A stretch of DNA of 20,649 nt from IMG/VR virus record IMGVR_UViG_3300042559_001930; one strand, written 5' to 3'. The translations under genes and the position numbers were made by a program. Below the pieces are notes generated by a model. The model searched no databases, was not told the origin of the DNA, and was given only the letters and a program-made list of their open reading frames with translations. Below are positions 15,080-20,649 of the stretch, piece after piece (position 1 is the stretch's first letter; every line of letters begins with the position of its first letter). This stretch comes from an uncultured virus (IMG/VR IMGVR_UViG_3300042559_001930) (taxonomy: Duplodnaviria; Heunggongvirae; Uroviricota; Caudoviricetes).

Positions 15080-16021
15080 ATGCAACTCCAAACCGAACTC
15101 AACTCAGCCCAAGCCCTCATCTATTCACGGTCCAACATTCGTCGTGCGTATGCAGACTTTGATGACACCGAAATCTCTGGCATTTATCTGCGAGATGACA
15201 ATTGTGTTGTGGTGCGTTGTGATGGTAGTGAGCAGGCTTACGAACGGACGTTGATCAAGACAGCGTTCCAGCAGTATACTCACCGACTCAAAGACTTCTT
15301 TTCTTACCTTGGTCCTAATTACCGTGGCCCTAGTGTATGGCATAACAATGCTTACGTTATGTTTAAGGGCTGGAACTATTCACACGCACTCGGACACCTG
15401 ACTTCCAATGCCAAGCTCCAACAACACTGGGCAGACAAGTTCATTCATCTGTCAGACCCCAGCAAAGTCGTTGCCCTCCTCCAGAATGACCAGACGGATC
15501 TGGGACATCTGGTTGCGCCGGATGGGCTTCGGAGTCCGACTCGGCCAATTGACTTGGAGTCTGAGTTGGAGGAAAACGCCTCCGGTGTTCAGGCCAGCAC
15601 TCCTGAACCTTACTGCTCATGTGGGTCCTTTCAGCGTCAACTTCTTAATGTTTCGTTATTCCAACAAGAGATTGAAGGATTCAAACCCTGGTGCATCCAC
15701 CTGACTTGGTTCCATAAATACCGTGAGCTGCTGTGCAAGCGTACTGAAGTGCGTAATGCATTGCCCAGTGGTACGCCTGACAAGTGTGTGGCATGGTGGT
15801 ATGCCCCGCCCCAGGACCATATCAGTGAAGGCAAGTTTGTATTGCTGCACACCAAGTCTGGTGCTCAGGCTCCGCTGACTCATTGGCGTACGTACAAACC
15901 AAAGGAAGTGTTTAACCAAGGGCATGCCTGGGATTTGTTTTTCAATATGATGGAGGCAGGCTATGTACCATTCCCTGGTACTGCATTGCCACAACTGCAG
16001 TCTGCTGTCAAAAAGAAATGA
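15080..16021 (+). CDS. SWIM-type zinc finger-containing protein (313 aa)
   Basis: YCSCGSFQRQ...KPWCIHL fits CxC-x(n)-CxH; ACTCAACTCA leader. Confidence 0.7.
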   Translation: MQLQTELNSAQALIYSRSNIRRAYADFDDTEISGIYLRDDNCVVVRCDGSEQAYERTLIKTAFQQYTHRLKDFFSYLGPNYRGPSVWHNNAYVMFKGWNYSHALGHLTSNAKLQQHWADKFIHLSDPSKVVALLQNDQTDLGHLVAPDGLRSPTRPIDLESELEENASGVQASTPEPYCSCGSFQRQLLNVSLFQQEIEGFKPWCIHLTWFHKYRELLCKRTEVRNALPSGTPDKCVAWWYAPPQDHISEGKFVLLHTKSGAQAPLTHWRTYKPKEVFNQGHAWDLFFNMMEAGYVPFPGTALPQLQSAVKKK

Positions 16022-16209
16022 GCTTTCTCAGTTGGGTTGAGAAGTTACAAGTGGAGGTAATTAACCAAGAAGATGGTGGTTGCATCATCCGCATTGAGTG
16101 GGATGATGCAGATCCAGATCTTGAATACTGGACAAACCTTGGTGAAGAAGGACAAAAATCCTTTATCATCGAATCACTAACCAATGCTCTTGACTGCTAT
16201 GTCGATTGA
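16018..16209 (+). CDS. Hypothetical acidic protein (63 aa)
   Basis: ATGA coupling with the previous gene. Confidence 0.7.
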   Translation: MSFLSWVEKLQVEVINQEDGGCIIRIEWDDADPDLEYWTNLGEEGQKSFIIESLTNALDCYVD

Positions 16210-16525
16210 CACTTACGGCCTTGACGAAAATCGCTACGTTGAGATCTTTGAAGATAAAGCCAGGTTTCTTTTCAGGACAATGCATGCTCTTATTCGAGTA
16301 TCCCTGGAACAAAATGTAAACCTTGATGGGTGGCCTCACGACATCATCTGGAAGATGTACGAGTCTGTTACGTACAATGCCAGTGATGATGCTCGTGTCA
16401 TCCAGAAGACTGAAGCCCCTGAAAAAGTTGAAGAACGTTCGTATGATCCAATCACAATGTATAGTCGCCAAGACTTAATGGATGAAATAAAACTTATTAA
16501 AGAACTGTTGATCAAGGAAGTTTGA
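16199..16525 (+). CDS. Hypothetical protein
   Basis: ORF 16184-16525; likely start MSIDTY at 16199. Confidence 0.7.
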   Translation: MSIDTYGLDENRYVEIFEDKARFLFRTMHALIRVSLEQNVNLDGWPHDIIWKMYESVTYNASDDARVIQKTEAPEKVEERSYDPITMYSRQDLMDEIKLIKELLIKEV

Positions 16526-16529
16526 TCCA

Positions 16530-16558
16530 ACGTCCTGGTCATGACGTAAAACTGACTA
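16530..16558 (+). ncRNA. Putative cis-regulatory pseudoknot element, copy G (CGTC subtype)
   Basis: ACGTC-C-TGGTCA-T-GACGT-AAAAC-TGACTA. Confidence 0.7.
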
Positions 16559-16577
16559 CTACCTACACACTCAACTC

Positions 16578-16697
16578 ATGTTTGAAGCATTTGCATCTGC
16601 TGTACTTCCAGTACTAAAAGATATTCTTTGGACAGCAGCCGCGGCTTTGTTAGCCTTTGCATTAAACAAGCTTCAATCCAAATTCCAAAACATCTAG
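16578..16697 (+). CDS. Small membrane protein, 39 aa (not in the ORF track)
   Basis: MFEAFASAVLPVLKDILWTAAAALLAFALNKLQSKFQNI*; ACTCAACTC-ATG leader; stop lies 3 nt before the next ATG. Confidence 0.75.
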   Translation: MFEAFASAVLPVLKDILWTAAAALLAFALNKLQSKFQNI

Positions 16698-16700
16698 GTC

Positions 16701-17402
16701 ATGACTCAAATCACACAGGTTAAGCTTAAGGATCTCAACATCCTCAAACTCTACGAGCACTATGGTGCCCTGGAACGCAGTCTTCCTCTCCTCACTCCTG
16801 AGTCCCAAGAGCTGGCGCAAGCTGAGCTGGAGGCCTGTGCCTCTCTCCGTTCAGAGAAGGTCGACCGTATCTATTACGCTATGGCGGCCCATGAGGATGC
16901 TCTTGAGCGCATCAAGAAGGAAGGGGACCTCATTGCACAAGCCAAGCGTCACCACGAATCCCAGCTGCGGTCCCTCAAGGGTTTGCTAGGTTGGTTGCGA
17001 CGTTCTTTACCGCAAGAGTCTAATAAGATTCAGGGTAGGAACTATCAATTTGCCTTAAGCAAAAAGAAAGATCTTACTGTTGAGATCAATTCCGATCCGG
17101 AGTTTTGGAACTCTGAGGAGCGACAGCTCTATTGCATTGAGCAAGAGACCACCACAACCAAGCAAATTGTGGTACGTTCAATGTCAGGGGAGGTCCTTGC
17201 CGAAAGGACCGAACCCAAAACTAAACACGAAGTACTCCCAAATCTCGATGCCATCCGCAATGCGTACCAAACCGGTCAGCAACTCCCATTCGGAGTCAAA
17301 GTCACTCAAGAATACGCGGTACGCACCAGCCGCATCTACTCAGAGCCAAGGGTGGAATTGGATGCATCCGAATATCCCGGAGACCTTCTATCAAAAGATT
17401 GA
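16701..17402 (+). CDS. Siphovirus Gp157-like protein
   Basis: Pattern L..LY...EKVD.I.Y......E.IKKE...I...K...E....SLK..L...L.....KI.G..YQF.L, with C-terminal PNLDAIR.A...G..LP.GV. Confidence 0.7.
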   Translation: MTQITQVKLKDLNILKLYEHYGALERSLPLLTPESQELAQAELEACASLRSEKVDRIYYAMAAHEDALERIKKEGDLIAQAKRHHESQLRSLKGLLGWLRRSLPQESNKIQGRNYQFALSKKKDLTVEINSDPEFWNSEERQLYCIEQETTTTKQIVVRSMSGEVLAERTEPKTKHEVLPNLDAIRNAYQTGQQLPFGVKVTQEYAVRTSRIYSEPRVELDASEYPGDLLSKD

Positions 17403-17655
17403 AGCTCCCACGGATCTAGAAGATGCTCACATCAAGATGAGTTGTCACAACCACGCTGTAGATGATTTTAATCTGCAGCTGGAAATAAACACTCTTGAAA
17501 TTTCTGGCCTTAATGATGGCGAAGAAGTTCTTCCGTACAACGTGACGGAAGTTGATGAGCTGGAGCAAAAACGTCTTAAGCTTTTGTTTGGTAAGCGCTT
17601 CCATCAGAACGCAGCTCGTGCCTATTGGTATCACATGGTCAAGGCAGAAAAATAA
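17362..17655 (+). CDS. Hypothetical protein (~97 aa)
   Basis: ORF 17080-17655; start at ATG 17362 (MHPNIPETFY) gives a 41-nt overlap with the Gp157-like gene. Confidence 0.65.
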   Translation: MHPNIPETFYQKIEAPTDLEDAHIKMSCHNHAVDDFNLQLEINTLEISGLNDGEEVLPYNVTEVDELEQKRLKLLFGKRFHQNAARAYWYHMVKAEK

Positions 17656-17691
17656 ACTGCCATACAATTAGATAACTACTACGGGTGTTCC

Positions 17692-17949
17692 ATGACTGAT
17701 GCAAACAAGCTGGTTGAATTGCTAGCAGGTTTTACTCAGGACGGGACACCCATTCCTGCATTGATCGGTACCAAGCTGGAGTGGCAGGTTACCGTATTAA
17801 CGGCTGCCATGCTGGCAAATGAAAACCTAGCTGCGTCTATGGATGCAACTGAAATGGTTGATGCTGCTATCAATTACACACAAATTATTCAAGAACGACT
17901 TGGTTACTATCAACGTAATCAAGTGCACTCTTTAGAGAGATTACTGTAA
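17692..17949 (+). CDS. Hypothetical protein (85 aa)
   Basis: ATG ORF; a TACAAT -10-like hexamer lies upstream at 17663-17668. Confidence 0.75.
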   Translation: MTDANKLVELLAGFTQDGTPIPALIGTKLEWQVTVLTAAMLANENLAASMDATEMVDAAINYTQIIQERLGYYQRNQVHSLERLL

Positions 17950-17974
17950 AGTAGTTGGGTCCTCCATTCCAGAA

Positions 17975-18172
17975 ATGGTTCTCACTGCTGTGCCTAAGCT
18001 AACCGTATCCTTTGCGGTTGACCTTGAAGTTGAATACGACAGCTTCACTGGTCGCACCCCGCAAGATATTGCAATTGCATTACAAGATGAAGTAGACGAC
18101 CTTTTGTTTGAAGCAAGCCCTAGCATCAAGGGTGTCTTTACCTCCATCACAGCAGTTGACTCCAATGAATGA
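17975..18172 (+). CDS. Hypothetical protein (65 aa)
   Basis: ATG ORF overlapping the next gene. Confidence 0.7.
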   Translation: MVLTAVPKLTVSFAVDLEVEYDSFTGRTPQDIAIALQDEVDDLLFEASPSIKGVFTSITAVDSNE

Positions 18173-18461
18173 AGAGCTTCTTAAAAAACTAAATACGACT
18201 GGTGCTTTTGATACGCCTTGGCTCAAGGAACAACTTCAGTCTTGGGACGTTACCAAGGAACAGCAGAAGGCTGACTTTCTTGAGCACATCTATCAGGTGT
18301 ACCAACCTACCAATCACACCTATACGGGACTGTGGGAACGCTTCTGCATGACAGAGGCTGGCCCTACTTGCCGGGACTTGTACTTTGAACGTATTGCAGC
18401 TATCGAAAAGTTTCTAGAAGAAACCCAAAATGTTTCGAAAGAAACAGTAGTAGTCTCTTAA
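18165..18461 (+). CDS. Hypothetical protein (98 aa)
   Basis: ATG 18165 (MNEELL) overlaps the previous stop. Confidence 0.7.
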   Translation: MNEELLKKLNTTGAFDTPWLKEQLQSWDVTKEQQKADFLEHIYQVYQPTNHTYTGLWERFCMTEAGPTCRDLYFERIAAIEKFLEETQNVSKETVVVS

Positions 18462-18476
18462 TTCTTACTATGATTG

Positions 18477-18508
18477 AACGTCCCACACTCGTGGGGCGTT
18501 TTTTATTT
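18477..18508 (+). terminator. Intrinsic terminator
   Basis: AACGTCCCAC-actc-GTGGGGCGTT followed by TTTTATTT. Confidence 0.7.
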
Positions 18509-18512
18509 AACT

Positions 18513-18884
18513 ATGGATCACCCTCACGAACCTATAGATGTCATTTCGCAATGGCAAGAGTGGTATAAGAAGAATCGGGTTGTTGCAGAAATTAACACGC
18601 CGTTAGTTTCAAAACAGTCACGTGAGAATCTACATGACACAGCCAAGGCATTCCCAACACTTGCAACTGCAATGAACAACACAACAACAGAAAAACTTAA
18701 GAGGCAAGCTCAAGATTATTTTGCAGATACTCTTGCAGAATTTGCAAACGAATTACCAGGTAAAGATCTGTATGAAGCCTTAGTTGCAGCCGTAAACTAT
18801 AACCTAGAGGTAGTTAAAAAAGAATATGAACAAGCTAAAGAGTTTGCTGACTTGGTGCAAGGAAATGGTTATGGCACAAAGTAA
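18513..18884 (+). CDS. Hypothetical protein (123 aa)
   Basis: ATG 18513 downstream of the terminator hairpin. Confidence 0.7.
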   Translation: MDHPHEPIDVISQWQEWYKKNRVVAEINTPLVSKQSRENLHDTAKAFPTLATAMNNTTTEKLKRQAQDYFADTLAEFANELPGKDLYEALVAAVNYNLEVVKKEYEQAKEFADLVQGNGYGTK

Positions 18885-19080
18885 GTATCCAGCCTGGGTT
18901 TGTCACATGTGTGGCATGCAGCATGGTAATTGGTACCAAGCAGAGGAGTACATTGGCCCGTTGAATCACTGTTCAACTTGGCATACAGGAACTTGCGATG
19001 TCTGTAAAGATGTTAAGGTGCCTGTAACTGAGCCCAGGGATTATGGTCATCTTAGAGATACCTGGAATAGCAAGAAGTAA
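18871..19080 (+). CDS. Small Cys-rich putative Zn-binding protein
   Basis: WVCHMCG...STWHTGTCDVC...VTEPRDYG. Confidence 0.7.
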   Translation: MAQSKYPAWVCHMCGMQHGNWYQAEEYIGPLNHCSTWHTGTCDVCKDVKVPVTEPRDYGHLRDTWNSKK

Positions 19081-19104
19081 AATAGAAAAATATATGTCAA
19101 AACA

Positions 19105-20424
19105 ATGCCGTTATACAGAGATCCCCAGAACGAAAATCTATATCACGTAGAAAAAGTGCAGACTTGCAGTGGGCATCCCCTAGAGGTTGTCACTGCAAGT
19201 GGCTCAAGTACTTATGTACAACCCGCTGGTATGGCAGGTGATGCTTTTGGACGCACACGTGTATCAGCACCTCTGACTTTATTCGACTCAAGCCATCGTT
19301 ATAACGACAATGGTTTGTGGTCTACATCTAGTGGTACTGGCGCTACATACGCATTCAATGCAAACGAAGGTCTTGTTGATCTCAATGTAACTACCGCATC
19401 TGGCTCTGAGATCATCAGGGAAACCAACAAGGTTTGTTCATATCAACCAGGGAAATCCCTGTTGTTCATGTCAACCTTTGTAATGAATGCTGCAAAGGCG
19501 AACTTACGACAGCGTGTTGGTTACTACGGTGCAGCCAACGGTATGTACCTGGAAGTCAGTGGTACTACAGAGCCGGCATTTGTTGAGCGTAGCTCTGTAA
19601 GTGGAAGTCTTGCTGAAACACGAGTAGCTCAAGCCAACTGGAACATTGATAAACTAGATGGCAACGGGCCGTCTGGTTTTACCCTTGATATCAGCAAAGC
19701 GCAGATCCTTTGGTTTGATATTGAATGGCTTGGTCTTGGCACCGTGCGTGCAGGGTTTGTAATCAATGGTGCATTTATCCATTGTCATTCATTCCATCAC
19801 GCCAACTTAATTACATCCACCTATATAACAACGGCATCCTTGCCGTTGCGTTATGAAATTACTAATGTTGGAACAACGGCAAGCAGCAGTACGTTAAAAC
19901 AAGTTTGCTCAACCGTCTTGTCTGAAGGGGGATATGAATTACGTGGTGCACAGTCTGCCATTGGAACTCCAGTTGCATCTCCGCGTGATTTAACAAATGC
20001 TTCTACTGAATATCCTGTAGTTTCTATCCGTCTTAAATCAACCCGTCTTGACGCAATCGTTATCTTGACTGCGTTATCAATCATGGGGATTACCAACAAC
20101 TCAGACTACAACTGGAAAGTTATTGTTGGTGGCACAACCTCAGCCGGATCATGGAATACCACTGGAGCTTCTTCTTCCGTTGAATACAACATCACTGGTA
20201 CATCTTTTACGATTGGTACAGGACGCATCCTTGCCAGTGGTTTTGCCAATGGTTCCAACCAAGGATCTACTGTTGTTGACATCTTGAAAGAAGCGTTGTT
20301 TGCTTTCCAACTGGAACGTAATGGTCTCACGGGTACAGCTACAGAATTAACTTTGGCATGTAGTAGTGCACAATCTGGTTCTGATGTACTTGCATCTATG
20401 GATTGGGAAGAGGTATCGAGATGA
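19105..20424 (+). CDS. Putative virion structural or tail-associated beta-rich protein (439 aa)
   Basis: Ser/Thr/Gly-rich; DAFGR.RVS.P.TLFDS, YQPGKS, D.EWLG.G.VR.GF and terminal .DWEE motifs I associate with cyanophage virion-type proteins; function is inferred. Confidence 0.6.
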   Translation: MPLYRDPQNENLYHVEKVQTCSGHPLEVVTASGSSTYVQPAGMAGDAFGRTRVSAPLTLFDSSHRYNDNGLWSTSSGTGATYAFNANEGLVDLNVTTASGSEIIRETNKVCSYQPGKSLLFMSTFVMNAAKANLRQRVGYYGAANGMYLEVSGTTEPAFVERSSVSGSLAETRVAQANWNIDKLDGNGPSGFTLDISKAQILWFDIEWLGLGTVRAGFVINGAFIHCHSFHHANLITSTYITTASLPLRYEITNVGTTASSSTLKQVCSTVLSEGGYELRGAQSAIGTPVASPRDLTNASTEYPVVSIRLKSTRLDAIVILTALSIMGITNNSDYNWKVIVGGTTSAGSWNTTGASSSVEYNITGTSFTIGTGRILASGFANGSNQGSTVVDILKEALFAFQLERNGLTGTATELTLACSSAQSGSDVLASMDWEEVSR

Positions 20425-20465
20425 GGCGTTAATAACTGATAAACTAGTACTATTGCCATGTGACT

Positions 20466-20649
20466 ATGTATACCCCTGCCCCTCAGCAGTACCAGGTGAC
20501 TGAAACCCCTCAGGTTCAACCCGTTCCTCAGCCCCAGGACAAACCCAAAGCTCCTGCCAAGTCCAAGGCTGGTGGTGATGTAGGTGCATTCATCCAGCAA
20601 TGCATCTCTCTGTGTGCTTACCTCAAGGAGCTGGAGACACAGTCACATC
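20466..20649 (+). CDS. Partial CDS, possibly Dps/ferritin-like after a Pro/Gln-rich N-terminus
   Basis: MYTPAPQQYQVTETPQVQPVPQPQDKPKAPAKSKAGGDVGAFIQQCISLCAYLKELETQSH, open to the window end; the last helix resembles Dps helix A. CDS likely, product weak. Confidence 0.5.
   Translation, partial: MYTPAPQQYQVTETPQVQPVPQPQDKPKAPAKSKAGGDVGAFIQQCISLCAYLKELETQSH

Noticed and set aside
1607..16558. Reading the repeated element as CRISPR repeats, attC sites, or hammerhead/HDV-like ribozymes
   Set aside because: Copies are dispersed rather than arrayed with spacers; no cas or integrase gene is present; no CUGAUGA/GAAA core or nested double pseudoknot is seen
1607..16558. Reading the element as a fluoride or preQ1-I riboswitch
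   Set aside because: Shares only a short hairpin plus A-rich linker; lacks the fluoride GAUG..GUUC/AUGAC pattern and preQ1-I loop consensus, and downstream genes are unrelated to those ligands
17080..17361. Long 5' extension of ORF 17080-17655, suggesting overprinting or a programmed frameshift from the Gp157-like gene
   Set aside because: TTG start, Ser/Pro/Arg-rich off-frame composition, no clear slippery site, and ATG 17362 explains the gene
17643..17660. GGCAG-aaaaataaa-CTGCC containing TAAAC
   Set aside because: A simple hairpin without P1 that overlaps a stop codon; not counted as a copy
20106..20600. Minus-strand 164-aa ORF
   Set aside because: Overlaps two better-supported + strand genes in antisense

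Overview
A 20.6-kb segment of a tailed dsDNA phage genome, most likely a cyanophage of picocyanobacteria. The host call is an inference from gene content and from SD-less A/C-rich leaders. Genes are densely packed and almost all on the + strand. Recognisable products are a PcfJ-domain protein, tRNA-Leu(TAA), an NrdR-like Zn-ribbon/HTH protein, an AP2-domain protein, ThyX, an AT-rich SET-domain lysine methyltransferase (Rubisco-LSMT/SETD3-like), a GP88-like protein, a T7-type family A DNA polymerase, a tandem-OB SSB, a DUF5895-like protein, a SWIM-finger protein, a Gp157-like protein and a probable virion protein. The most striking unexplained signal is a ~28-30 nt intergenic element present in six clear copies plus one degenerate copy, all on the + strand. 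Its sequence varies but its base pairing covaries as an H-type pseudoknot (P1-C-P2-W-P1'-TAAAC-P2'). Most copies sit just after a stop codon and about 47-60 nt before the next ATG, followed by a G-poor A/C-rich leader. This suggests a phage cis-acting RNA regulon. All family calls come from motif recognition by eye, not database searches.
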